NCBI GenBank assembly: GCA_050251055.1
Contig: JBFWNL010000002.1
Location: 288,001-352,000, forward strand
Direction of reading: 5' to 3'
DNA length: 64,000 nt
Origin: Bacteriovoracia bacterium
GTDB lineage: Bacteria; Bdellovibrionota; UBA1018; JBFWNL01
The notes beneath the pieces are model-generated. The model worked only from the letters and a program-made list of their open reading frames with translations. It did no database searches and was not told the origin of the DNA. The translations under genes and the position numbers were made by a program. Positions 28,671 through 38,210 of this stretch are shown in pieces. The first letter of the stretch is position 1; each line of letters begins with the position of its first letter.

Positions 28671-30314
28671 ATGCGAGTGCTGGGCTTAGACATCGGAAGT
28701 CAAAGCGTGAAGGGGGTGGAGTTCGACTCCGCCTTGCGCCGCTTCGACATCCGCGAGTACCACGAAGAGAAAGTCCAGCCCGGCGAGTCCCCGTATATCG
28801 CGGCCGCCCGGCTCCTGATGAACCTTCCCAAACCTCCGGACAAGGTCGCCGTCGCGCTTCCGCCCGACCGTGCCACCTTCCGAAATCTCCAGCTACCCAC
28901 CAAGGACAAGAAGGCGATCCAAGCCGCCTTGGGTTTTGAGCTGGAGGACGAGCTCCCTTTCGATCTCGAAAGCGCGTCCTACGTCTACACAATCCTCTCG
29001 CAGACCAAGCAAGGCTCGTCCGTGCACGTAGCGACAACCCTGCAAAAGCACCTGGGCGAGCATCTCGGGCTGCTCGCGGAGGCCGGCCTCGACCCCGACC
29101 TGCTCACGACCCACACTTGGGCTTACCGCACGGTTTTCAATCGCGTGCTTTCAAAGAACGAAGAGGAGCGGCCCACGTTGCTCGTTCACTTCGGGGCTCG
29201 GCGCACCACGCTCTATCTCCACCACCAAGGCAATCCCCTGCTCACCAAGGAGCTCGCCTGGGGCGGCGCGGATTTCACTACCGCCATCGCTAAAAACTAC
29301 AACATCGCCACCGAGGAAGCCGAGCAGGCGAAGATCGATAACGCATTCTTCTTATTGGCCCATCAGCGCGCCAAGGCCACGCCGGAGCAAGCCGAATTTT
29401 CCGAAATTCTTCAGAAAGCCTTCGCCCCCATCTTGCAGGAAGTCCGGCAAACCAACCTTACCTGCAAGAAGCTCAGCCAGCAGGTCATCGGCTCGATCTA
29501 CGTCTCGGGTCCGACCTCGCTCATGCCCGGCCTCGTGCAGACGCTGGAAGGCGAAACGGGTATCCCCGTCAGCCCGCTGCGCGCGTTGACCGCGGTTTCC
29601 ACCTCCGGCGTGCAGTACGCCGAAACCGCGGACTCCTCCCACCTTTTGGCCGCCGCGCTGGGACTCGCGTTGGTTTTGCCGGAAAAAGGCGGGATCATCA
29701 ACTTTCGCAAAGGCGACTTCGCCAAGCAGCATCGCTCAAACCTGGAGCTCTCCTCGCTCAAGGCGCCGCTCACTGGCGCCGGGATCGTACTCACCGCGCT
29801 TTTCCTCAGCCTGTCGGTCCAAAGCTTAGTGTATAAGAGCCGCGTAAAAGACGTCGACGCCCAGCTAGAGAAAGCCGTGAACTCGTTCTTCGGGTCCTTG
29901 GGTAAAACGGCGCTGAAATCCTACCTCGCGAGCCCCGCCAAACTGCGGGCGAAGGTAAAAGAAGACGTCGACAAGGCCCGCGCCATGGCGATGCTCATGG
30001 GGCCGAATCCTCACTCGCCCCTGGACTTCCTCAAGCAGCTTTCCTCCCACGTGAAACGCGACGTCGTGGTGGACATGACGTCTTATCAGGTAGGCGCCGC
30101 CGCCGAGAAGCCTTATGAATCAGACGCACGCACGCAAGTCGCGCTTACCTTCACGTCCAAGAACGAGCGCGCTCCCGATCTGCTCGAAAACATGCTTAAG
30201 CCCTTGATGGAATCCCTGACCCGCTCGAAAGTGGAAGAGATCAAAGAAGGCGCCGAAACCAAGTGGAAGGTGACTTTCACGGGCACCCCCAAGGAGAGCG
30301 CCTATGCTCGATAA
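28671..30314 (+). CDS. gspL: GspL (PilM-like actin-fold cytoplasmic domain plus TM/periplasmic domain)
   Basis: LGLDIGSQSVK, ELEDELPF, WGGADFT, INFRKGDF then TM. Confidence 0.8.
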   Translation: MRVLGLDIGSQSVKGVEFDSALRRFDIREYHEEKVQPGESPYIAAARLLMNLPKPPDKVAVALPPDRATFRNLQLPTKDKKAIQAALGFELEDELPFDLESASYVYTILSQTKQGSSVHVATTLQKHLGEHLGLLAEAGLDPDLLTTHTWAYRTVFNRVLSKNEEERPTLLVHFGARRTTLYLHHQGNPLLTKELAWGGADFTTAIAKNYNIATEEAEQAKIDNAFFLLAHQRAKATPEQAEFSEILQKAFAPILQEVRQTNLTCKKLSQQVIGSIYVSGPTSLMPGLVQTLEGETGIPVSPLRALTAVSTSGVQYAETADSSHLLAAALGLALVLPEKGGIINFRKGDFAKQHRSNLELSSLKAPLTGAGIVLTALFLSLSVQSLVYKSRVKDVDAQLEKAVNSFFGSLGKTALKSYLASPAKLRAKVKEDVDKARAMAMLMGPNPHSPLDFLKQLSSHVKRDVVVDMTSYQVGAAAEKPYESDARTQVALTFTSKNERAPDLLENMLKPLMESLTRSKVEEIKEGAETKWKVTFTGTPKESAYAR

Positions 30315-30927
30315 TCTGAAAACCAAGCTCGAGGAATCCCTTCGCCAAGCCCGGGACTGGCTGAACGACCAAGTTTGGTTCCAGGAACTCAAGGCAAAAT
30401 GGGAAGAATTCGATCCCCAAAGCCAGCTTTACATCAAATATGCCACCGCCGGGATCGGCGCGTTCATGCTCGTGATCTTCGTTTTGAGCACCATGGCGCG
30501 CGTGGGGGGAGTTCGCCGGGACTACGAGGAAAAATCCGATCTCCTGACCTACATCCGCAACTCCCAGCTTGAAATGAAGGTCTTTAAGAAGTCCGGCATG
30601 GATCAGGCCTCGGAGCTCGACGCCCTTGATCCGAGTCGCTTAAACGAGTTCTTCAAGCAGAAGGCGACACTCGCGGAGATGCCGGACACCGCCGTCGAAG
30701 TGTCGATGGCCAAGGTCGGCAACAGCACCGAGACCGTCAAGGAGTCTCTCTTTGACCTCACGATCAAGCACGTCAGCATCAAGAAGCTAGCGCGCTACGC
30801 GCTGGAGCTCGAGCGCGCGACGATCAAGGTCCGCAACATGTCCATCGATACCGTCGGCGCGGACGGCTACCTGGACGCCAAGATGTCCGTGTCGGCCTTC
30901 AAGCTGGCCAAGACCGAGGAGAAATAA
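30304..30927 (+). CDS. gspM: GspM-like bitopic protein
   Basis: Single TM, coiled coil, ferredoxin-like C-terminus; position after gspL. Confidence 0.65.
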   Translation: MLDNLKTKLEESLRQARDWLNDQVWFQELKAKWEEFDPQSQLYIKYATAGIGAFMLVIFVLSTMARVGGVRRDYEEKSDLLTYIRNSQLEMKVFKKSGMDQASELDALDPSRLNEFFKQKATLAEMPDTAVEVSMAKVGNSTETVKESLFDLTIKHVSIKKLARYALELERATIKVRNMSIDTVGADGYLDAKMSVSAFKLAKTEEK

Positions 30928-32030
30928 TGAGCGAAGCGGCGATCGGCCCCGGAAACACGGACGAAACCCAAAGCAGCGAGACCGAGCTGACGGGCTTTCT
31001 GCCGAAGCTGCGCAAATACCTGCGGTACGCCCGGTGGGGTGCATTCGCGCTGGGCTGCCTGCTCTTTTTCATCATCATGAAGATGCCCGTTTTCAAGGTG
31101 AAGAATTTCATCGAGGGCACCATCGCGGCGTCGCTCAATCCCTATGGCATCACTTACAGCGCCAAGTCGTCGTCCCTCTCGTTCCTATTCGGAATCCGCT
31201 ACACGCTCAAGGGCGTGACCTTGCGCTCGGCGAATCTCGACCGCGAGATCGTGATCGACAAGGTCCAGGTGAGCCCGAACCTGCTCCCGCTCCTGATCGG
31301 CCGCCAGTCCATCAGCGCCAGCGTACGTTCAAAGTACGGCGACGCCGATCTCACCGCCTCGCTACGAAAGCGGGAGGTGGATCTCGCGCTAGAGACCTCC
31401 GACTTCAATCCCCTCGAAATGGGGCTAGGTAAACTGCTCACCGGACTGCCACTGAACGGTCGTTTAAAGGTAAACGCCGACGTCTCACTGTCCGGCGACC
31501 TGCAGTTCATGCGGAACGTCTCCGGCCAGGGCACAATTACGGTCAAGGATCTCGACGTTTCCGAAGTACCGCTGCAAGGGGGAAATCTCCCGAAACTGGG
31601 AGCGAAATCCATCGCGCTTTCATTCAAGGCCAATAACAGCGCGATCACCCAGCTGAAGCTTTCCGTGAAGGATCTCAAGTCTGACAAATTCTCTCTCCAG
31701 GGCCTGGGACTGCCGGACGCCGCCATTTCCTCCATCGAGGTGGATGCGGAAGGCAAAGATCAGAAACTCGTGTTTAAGACCCTCAAAATCGGCGAAAAAC
31801 CCGAAGACGACTTGCGGGGCACGGGCAAGGGCGAGATCGAGCTCCCACTACAGAACCTCATGGCGGGCCGAGTCGACCTCAAAACCCGGTTGACGCTTTC
31901 AGATAAGGTTTATAAAAAGCTCACCTTGATCGACCTTTTCCTGAAGGACGGGAAGAGGGCGGATGGATCTTACGGTATCGTCTTCAGCGGCCCCATGGGC
32001 GCCGTGGCCGTAGCTCCGACTCAAGAATAA
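30927..32030 (+). CDS. gspN: GspN-like protein
   Basis: N-terminal TM then beta-rich periplasmic domain; last position of gsp cluster. Confidence 0.65.
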   Translation: MSEAAIGPGNTDETQSSETELTGFLPKLRKYLRYARWGAFALGCLLFFIIMKMPVFKVKNFIEGTIAASLNPYGITYSAKSSSLSFLFGIRYTLKGVTLRSANLDREIVIDKVQVSPNLLPLLIGRQSISASVRSKYGDADLTASLRKREVDLALETSDFNPLEMGLGKLLTGLPLNGRLKVNADVSLSGDLQFMRNVSGQGTITVKDLDVSEVPLQGGNLPKLGAKSIALSFKANNSAITQLKLSVKDLKSDKFSLQGLGLPDAAISSIEVDAEGKDQKLVFKTLKIGEKPEDDLRGTGKGEIELPLQNLMAGRVDLKTRLTLSDKVYKKLTLIDLFLKDGKRADGSYGIVFSGPMGAVAVAPTQE

Positions 32031-32075
32031 CCGCGCTTCGCTTCCCGCAGGGGCCGCGAGGCCCCGGAGGCACGC

Positions 32076-32942
32076 ATGAATCTAGAACAGCCTTTCCAGA
32101 AAGCGCTCGAAAAGTACCTCGATAAGCCCACGGACCCGACTCCCCGCAATTTGGCGGACTCGATCCGCTACAGCCTGCTCGCCGAAGGCAAGCGCATCCG
32201 TCCCCGTCTCGCCATCGCCTGCGGCGAGATGCTGGGACTCCCACTCGACACCACCCTGCCGCCGGCGCTCGCCATTGAGATGATTCATTGCTTTACCTTG
32301 ATCCATGACGATCTTCCCTGCATGGATGACGACGATTTCCGCCGCGGTAAGCCTTCTAACCACAAAGTGTATGGCGAAGCGCTCGCGCTCTTGGCCGGTG
32401 ATTCACTCATGCCGTTGGCGACCGAAGTTTTTTCGGAAGCCGCCGAGTTCGTGGCCCCCGCGAATTTCATGGCGGGGCTTCGCCGCTACCTCGACGCCGT
32501 CGGCCCGCGCGGCGTGATGGGCGGGCAAGCCGCCGAGTTCAATCTATCGGCTAAATCAAGCTTTGAAGAGCTCCGCCACATGCACCGCAAGAAGACCGGA
32601 GCGCTCTTCGAGGCCGCCATCCTCATCCCAAAAGATTTCGCGGGCATTTCGGATACGAGCCCTCAGGGCGCGGCCATTTGCCGATTCGCCGAAGAGCTAG
32701 GCATGGGCTTTCAGGTCGCCGACGACTTCGAAGATATCGAGCAAGATAAAGTGAAGAACGGCGCCGACGGTCAAATGAAGCCCACGAGCATCCTACATTA
32801 TATGTCCCACAAGGAAGCTGTGGACTACGCCTCCTCGCGCATGCGGGCGGCGCACCAGCAACTCGAGCAGCACTTAGGGCCGAAGTGCGCCATCTTGCTT
32901 AAAATCTCGGAAGAAGTCCTTCGCCGCATCAAGAAGGCCTGA
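32076..32942 (+). CDS. ispA: Short-chain polyprenyl (farnesyl) diphosphate synthase
   Basis: GKRIRP, FARM DDLPCMDDDDFRRG, KT, SARM FQVADD. Confidence 0.88.
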   Translation: MNLEQPFQKALEKYLDKPTDPTPRNLADSIRYSLLAEGKRIRPRLAIACGEMLGLPLDTTLPPALAIEMIHCFTLIHDDLPCMDDDDFRRGKPSNHKVYGEALALLAGDSLMPLATEVFSEAAEFVAPANFMAGLRRYLDAVGPRGVMGGQAAEFNLSAKSSFEELRHMHRKKTGALFEAAILIPKDFAGISDTSPQGAAICRFAEELGMGFQVADDFEDIEQDKVKNGADGQMKPTSILHYMSHKEAVDYASSRMRAAHQQLEQHLGPKCAILLKISEEVLRRIKKA

Positions 32943-32950
32943 ACCAAGAA

Positions 32951-33730
32951 ATGAAAATCGGGGTCTTCGATTCCGGCATCGGTGGCGTAACCGTGTTAAA
33001 AGAAATGCGCCAGGTGTTTCCTGGAGCCGACTTCGCCTATTTCGGCGACACCGCCAACGTTCCCTATGGAACCAAGAGTGCTCACCAAATCCTCGCCCTT
33101 TCCCAATCAGCGGCTAACCGCTTGCGTGCGCACCGCCTAGATGCCCTCATCATCGCCTGCAACACCGCCTCGAGCCTGGCCTTGCCCGAATTCGAACGCA
33201 TACTCGCCCCTATGCCCGTCGTCGGCGTGGTTACCGCCGGCGTCGAGTCCGTCCGCCAACGGCTGCCCCAACCGAAGGGGAACACACGTCCCGTCGTGAT
33301 CTTCGGTACCCGAGCTACGGTTAATAGCCACGTATACCTGCGCCTGCTGACCGCGTCCGCGCCTACGCTCTCGGTTCAGGAACAAGCTTGTCCGCTGCTC
33401 GTGCCCATGATCGAAGAAGGTTGGGTCGAACACCCCATTCTCCGCACGACCTTGCGCGAATACACCCAACCTTACGCAAAACTTCCTCCCGGGGTCGCGC
33501 TCCTTGCCTGCACGCACTACCCCTGGATCCGCCGGGCGTTCGAGGCCGAGCTCCCCGGCTGGGCGATCGTGGATTCCGCCGAGGCCGTCGCACTGGCGGC
33601 CCGGACCCGACTCGGGACGCCCCCCGCGTCCGGTACTACGGGAAAACTAGAGTGGTATTTCTCTGATCCGGAAGGAGTCGCCGACTTCGTGTTCGAGGGG
33701 CCGCGGCCGGCCAAGCTCGCGACTTTCTAA
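32951..33730 (+). CDS. murI: Glutamate racemase
   Basis: FDSGIGG, PYGTK, ACNTAS, ACTHYP. Confidence 0.95.
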   Translation: MKIGVFDSGIGGVTVLKEMRQVFPGADFAYFGDTANVPYGTKSAHQILALSQSAANRLRAHRLDALIIACNTASSLALPEFERILAPMPVVGVVTAGVESVRQRLPQPKGNTRPVVIFGTRATVNSHVYLRLLTASAPTLSVQEQACPLLVPMIEEGWVEHPILRTTLREYTQPYAKLPPGVALLACTHYPWIRRAFEAELPGWAIVDSAEAVALAARTRLGTPPASGTTGKLEWYFSDPEGVADFVFEGPRPAKLATF

Positions 33731-33809
33731 AGATAAGTGCGCCGCGTTATTTTATTCCCCCCTCATTTCACTATTTAAAACCGATGAAACTAGGGTTACG
33801 GTGACGGCC

Positions 33810-34295
33810 ATGAAAAATTTCAATCAAGCATTAGCCGGTCTTTTCACGATTCTCGCCCTCGTGGGCGCCGCTCCCGCGCAGGCGGCGGATGGCGAGCATA
33901 TCCACGATTGGGAGTTCGGCGCTTTCGTGGGCGTTCATAGCTCCAGTGGACATTCCTCTTCGGCCTTCGGCGCGGAGCTGGAATATCGGCTGAGCCTGGG
34001 CAGCGAAAACGTGCGCAACTTCGGGGTCGGCCCGATCGTCGAAATCGCGACCTCCAGCCCCTCCACCACGTTGCTCGGTCTGGGCGTATTTATCCATGCC
34101 TACAAAGGCTGGCGCATCATCGCCGCGCCCGGTTTGGAAATCGTCAGCGGCGGCAACTCGGCCATCTTCCGCGTTGGCACGGGATACGACTTCACGATCT
34201 CCGATCACGTCGTCGTCGGCCCCGAAATCGCCGGCGACTTCTCGTCGAGCCACACTTCAGTGGTTTACGGCGTGCATTTCGGTTTCGGCTTCTAA
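33810..34295 (+). CDS. Small outer-membrane beta-barrel protein
   Basis: Signal peptide; ~8 amphipathic strands; C-terminal Phe (YGVHFGFGF). Confidence 0.75.
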   Translation: MKNFNQALAGLFTILALVGAAPAQAADGEHIHDWEFGAFVGVHSSSGHSSSAFGAELEYRLSLGSENVRNFGVGPIVEIATSSPSTTLLGLGVFIHAYKGWRIIAAPGLEIVSGGNSAIFRVGTGYDFTISDHVVVGPEIAGDFSSSHTSVVYGVHFGFGF

Positions 34296-34321
34296 AGTTA
34301 CTTTCGTTTTCAACGATCTTT

Positions 34322-34361
34322 GAACGGCGTTCCGTGGACAACGGAACGCCGTTCTCATTTT
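34322..34361 (+). terminator. Intrinsic terminator
   Basis: 14-bp perfect stem GAACGGCGTTCCGT/ACGGAACGCCGTTC then TCATTTT. Confidence 0.7.
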
Positions 34362-34392
34362 CAGGATTGCCAGAAGGTTCGATCCCCTGTAG

Positions 34393-34731
34393 ATGCGTCG
34401 CATGACGTTTAATCAGGCATTGGTGGTAGGCGGATTATTGGTAGCGGCGGTGTTCAGCGCGGGCTGCAACAACGCAACCGGCGATCAGCAAGGCCAAGCT
34501 TCGTACAATTACTTGTTGTGTGAAAACTGCTCGAAGCCAGACGGCAGCGGCTGTCAGACCGACCAAGCCCAGTGCGGCGGCGGCTGTACCACGGGCCAGC
34601 ACTCCTACAATTCAAAGGTCGACTATTGCAACGGCCTGAATAATCGCGCGGCAAACAACAACTGCGCGACCGGACCGCGGCAAACTCAATTCGAGCAAGC
34701 AGGCTGCGCCGGATCCTTTACGAATAACTAG
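34393..34731 (+). CDS. Small Cys-rich lipoprotein
   Basis: Lipobox SAGC; 8 further Cys in ~85 aa; stop shares CTAG with convergent merR-like gene. Confidence 0.75.
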   Translation: MRRMTFNQALVVGGLLVAAVFSAGCNNATGDQQGQASYNYLLCENCSKPDGSGCQTDQAQCGGGCTTGQHSYNSKVDYCNGLNNRAANNNCATGPRQTQFEQAGCAGSFTNN

Positions 34732-35261
34732 TATTTGAAGAAGTCGCGAATAGGCTTCTGCGCGAGCGCGACGAGCTCTTCCGCCATCTTGTGCAGAAGC
34801 TTGAGCTTGTCGAGGGCGACCGATTCACCGCCCAGGACCTTCTCGCGCTTAAAACTCTGCATCTCGCCTTCCTTCTTCAGCTCGCGGATGCGCTTGCGGG
34901 CGCCTTCGATGGAATAGCGCTCATTATATAGAAGATGTTTAATGAGAAGCAGCGTCTCCACTTCCGAACGCCGGTATACGCGCTGGCCGGAAACGGACTT
35001 CGATGGCGATAGAATAGGAAACTCGGATTCCCAGTAACGAAGGACGTAAGGCTTCACGCCCACGAGTTCGGAAACATCGCCGATCCGGAAAAAGAGACGA
35101 TCCGGGATCTGCACGTTGGGAGTAGTGCTAGGGCTAGCGGCCGAGGACGGAGTCGTCTCGGGGCTAGGCATATCGTTTTCAGGGTTGAGCAACCCGTCCG
35201 CCAGGCTAGGGTTCAATCCCGATTGGCCCGGTTCAAACGAGTTCTGGATGTCGCCGTCCAT
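34728..35261 (-). CDS. MerR-family regulator (ihfA-associated type)
   Basis: IPDRLFFRIGDVSELVGVKPYVLRYWESEF, YSIEGA; follows ihfA. Confidence 0.9.
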   Translation of the reverse strand: MDGDIQNSFEPGQSGLNPSLADGLLNPENDMPSPETTPSSAASPSTTPNVQIPDRLFFRIGDVSELVGVKPYVLRYWESEFPILSPSKSVSGQRVYRRSEVETLLLIKHLLYNERYSIEGARKRIRELKKEGEMQSFKREKVLGGESVALDKLKLLHKMAEELVALAQKPIRDFFKY

Positions 35262-35292
35262 GGGCTACCTCCGCGTGGTAATCAAACTCCGT

Positions 35293-35637
35293 TTAATCTT
35301 CGTCGTCTTCGTCTTCGTCCTGATGCTTACCCGGAACGATGGGCTTGCCTTCGAGGCTGGTGTTCACTTCCGCCCGCAGGACCTGCGAAGGACGGAAAGT
35401 CAGCACGCGGCGCGCCGTAATCTCGATGCTTTCACCCGTTTGCGGGTTACGGCCAATACGCGCGCGTTTTTCTCGGATAACAAAGTTACCAAAGCCAGAA
35501 ATTTTGATCTTTTGGCCCTGTGAGAGCGTCCCTTTTAGCGTGTCGAAAACTAATTCGACCAGATCGGCGGCTTCCTTCTTGGAAAAGCCAATCTTTTCAT
35601 AGAGCGCTTCGACAATATCGGCCTTCGTCATTGCCAC
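35293..35637 (-). CDS. ihfA: Integration host factor alpha
   Basis: MTKADI, KISGFGNF, GRNPQTG, RRVLTFRPS; follows pheT; acidic tail. Confidence 0.93.
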   Translation of the reverse strand: MAMTKADIVEALYEKIGFSKKEAADLVELVFDTLKGTLSQGQKIKISGFGNFVIREKRARIGRNPQTGESIEITARRVLTFRPSQVLRAEVNTSLEGKPIVPGKHQDEDEDDED

Positions 35638-35723
35638 GGTATTTTTCTCCTCCCTGATCCATCCCCTAGAAATTCACCCGCCGAAAAAACCTTTAAAATC
35701 ACGGGGAATTCGAGCAAAAATCG

Positions 35724-38210
35724 CTACCGCAGTTGCGCTCCTAACTTAGTTTTCCACTCAGTCAGAATTTTTTCTGAAGCTTGATCGGCTTCAGATTCTT
35801 GCAAGCTGCGTCCCTCTTCAGAAAAGATAACCCGAACCGAGACGCTTGTCATCCCCTGAGCTACTTGATGTCCGCGATATTTATCGAAAATTCTGACTTG
35901 TTTGACGAGGGGCTTCCCAACCTTCCACGCGAGTTGAGTAATTTGCTCGGCGCTGACTGAGTCTTGGACCAAAAGGGAGAAATCTCGCTCGATCGTCGGG
36001 AACTCTGACCACGGATCAAAGATCTTCGTCAGAAACTTGGCGCCCCTAGCGAGCACCAGCTGCGAAAGCTGCTCCCAATCCAACTCCGCCAGCCATAGCG
36101 CGTCACGAAATTTCAGCTTCTTGGCGAGCGCTGGATGGGCCAGGCCCATTACCCCCAACGTTTTCGTTCCTAGCTTCAATTCCGCGCTCTGGCCGGGGTG
36201 AAAAAGGGCGGACAGAGGGCCTGTCACCCCCGCTTGCAGCTTGATGCCCCGGACGTCGAGGCTTTGCAGCAGGCCATCTACGGCGGCTTTGAGGTCGTAG
36301 AAGTCGACGGCCTGGAGATCGGAATTCAAGCCCCCGGCGTAACGCGGTCCACTCAAAGCCAGCGCCAACTTCCACTTCTCCTGTACGCCCGTTTCCATTT
36401 CCCCACCCGCTTGGCCTTTAGCACCGACGGTCACCCCGTCGGCGACAAAGTAGCTTGGGCGGATCTCGAACAGACGCAGGCTCAGGGGTTCCGAACCGAA
36501 GTGATGGTTCCAGTTATGTAATGATGCGCGCACCATCTCGGGAAGCAACGACGGGACTAGGACTTCCTGGTCTTCGCTGAGCGGGTTGAGGATCGGCGTG
36601 CCCTGCATGCCGAACTGGGCCAAGGCGGCGCGGCTGGTGAAAGCATAATGAACGGTTTCACAGAAGCCCATTTCAGCCAGCGCGTCTTGCGCGGCGAACA
36701 TCAACTTCAGCTGCTGGGGCTGGCGATAGGCCGCGGACGGGGTCGGCATGCCCGACAATTGCGGGATCGTGGCCGGGATCTTGTCGTAGCCCACGGTGCG
36801 CGCGATTTCTTCGGCCAAATCCTCGGGAATACCCAGGTCCGGGCGATACGTAGGCGTAGAGACTTTCCAAGTGTCGCCTTGCGCCTGTACCTCACAACCC
36901 AAGTCCTGCAGGATTTTTTGCGCGGCGGACGCGGTGACTTCAAGACCCAAGAAGTCCGTAAAATACTGCGGCTTCACCGTCACGACCTTGCGTGCGTACT
37001 TTTTCGGATCGCGCGACGGATGCAGACACGCGGCCCCACCCACGATCTTGCCGCCGGCAAGCTGCGTAATCAGCTGGGCCAAACGCGAGAGCGCGTAGTG
37101 CTGGCCTTGCGGATCGATCCCTTTTTCGAAGCGCATCGCCGCTTCCGAACGGCGCAGGTGCTTGATTGCCGTGCGGCGCACGTGCGAGGGAGAGAATTCT
37201 GCGCATTCTAAGAAGAGTTTGGTCGTGCCGTCTTGCACTTCGGAATTCCCGCCGCCCATGACGCCAGCCAAGCCCACCGCGCGGTCGCCGTCGGAGATCA
37301 CCAGTTCCGAGCCGTCTAAAGTCACGGTCTGGCCGTCGAGCAGCGGCAGCTTTTCATCTTTTTTGCCGAAACGAACACCGAGCGACTTCGCGGACAGCTT
37401 ATCGGCATCGTACGCGTGCGTAGGCTGTCCGACCTCAAATAGGAGCAGATTCGTCGCGTCTACCACGTTATTGATCGAACGCTGTCCAACGGCGGCCAGG
37501 CGTTTCACCACCCATTCCGGCGACGGACCGACCTTCACACCTTCGAGGTAACAACCCCAGAACTGCGGGGCGTTTTCATCGGTCGTGTATTTGATTTGAA
37601 TCGGCGAGCCCGTGGTTGGTACCAAAGTCACGGCGGGCTTCTTCACGGCTTGGCCAGTGGCGGCCGCGATTTCGCGCGCCAGGCCCAGATGGCTCAAACA
37701 ATCGCCGCGATTCGGCGTTACTTTTAAATCAAATATAATGTCATCGAGGCCGAGGAATTCTGCGAGGGGTTTACCGAGCGGAGCATCGGCGGGCAGGATC
37801 AAAATCCCTTCCGATTTATCCTTAAGCTTTAACTCTTCTTCCGAGCAGAGCATGCCGAACGATTCCACGCCACGGATCTTGCTCTTCGTAATTTTGAGAC
37901 CGTTCGGGAGATCGGCGCCAATTTGCGCAACGGCGACGCGGTCACCCGCCTTCATGTTCTGAGCGCCGCAGACGATTTCTAATGGCTCCCCGGAGCCGAG
38001 GGTAATTTTGCACAGGCTTAAACGATCGGCCTGCGGGTGCTTGTTACGCTCTAAGATCTGGCCGACCACGACTTTGTCAAAGCCCTTACCTTGCGCTTCG
38101 ATGCCTTCCACTTCCAAACCGCGCGCGGTCAGGCAATCGCCCAACGCTTGCGGCGTTTTGAACGAGCTTAAATCGACGAATTCGGCGAGCCACTTCCAAG
38201 ACGTCTTCAT
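35724..38210 (-). CDS. pheT: Phenylalanine--tRNA ligase beta subunit
   Basis: HPQADRL, IVCGAQN, TPNRGDCL, RFEKG, EEIAR..GY, FDX-ACB C-terminus. Confidence 0.97.
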   Translation of the reverse strand: MKTSWKWLAEFVDLSSFKTPQALGDCLTARGLEVEGIEAQGKGFDKVVVGQILERNKHPQADRLSLCKITLGSGEPLEIVCGAQNMKAGDRVAVAQIGADLPNGLKITKSKIRGVESFGMLCSEEELKLKDKSEGILILPADAPLGKPLAEFLGLDDIIFDLKVTPNRGDCLSHLGLAREIAAATGQAVKKPAVTLVPTTGSPIQIKYTTDENAPQFWGCYLEGVKVGPSPEWVVKRLAAVGQRSINNVVDATNLLLFEVGQPTHAYDADKLSAKSLGVRFGKKDEKLPLLDGQTVTLDGSELVISDGDRAVGLAGVMGGGNSEVQDGTTKLFLECAEFSPSHVRRTAIKHLRRSEAAMRFEKGIDPQGQHYALSRLAQLITQLAGGKIVGGAACLHPSRDPKKYARKVVTVKPQYFTDFLGLEVTASAAQKILQDLGCEVQAQGDTWKVSTPTYRPDLGIPEDLAEEIARTVGYDKIPATIPQLSGMPTPSAAYRQPQQLKLMFAAQDALAEMGFCETVHYAFTSRAALAQFGMQGTPILNPLSEDQEVLVPSLLPEMVRASLHNWNHHFGSEPLSLRLFEIRPSYFVADGVTVGAKGQAGGEMETGVQEKWKLALALSGPRYAGGLNSDLQAVDFYDLKAAVDGLLQSLDVRGIKLQAGVTGPLSALFHPGQSAELKLGTKTLGVMGLAHPALAKKLKFRDALWLAELDWEQLSQLVLARGAKFLTKIFDPWSEFPTIERDFSLLVQDSVSAEQITQLAWKVGKPLVKQVRIFDKYRGHQVAQGMTSVSVRVIFSEEGRSLQESEADQASEKILTEWKTKLGAQLR

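Noticed and set aside
17903-32030. Type IV pilus or Tad locus instead of T2SS
   Set aside because: GspC-PDZ, GspG-type major pseudopilin, GspK and CDEFGHIJKLMN order; no PilT or Flp/Tad genes. The PilM-like gene occupies the gspL position.
35724-36000. AT-richer 3' end of pheT as a recombination patch
   Set aside because: Frame and anticodon-binding domain intact; more simply explained by embedded ihfA promoter elements; not quantified.
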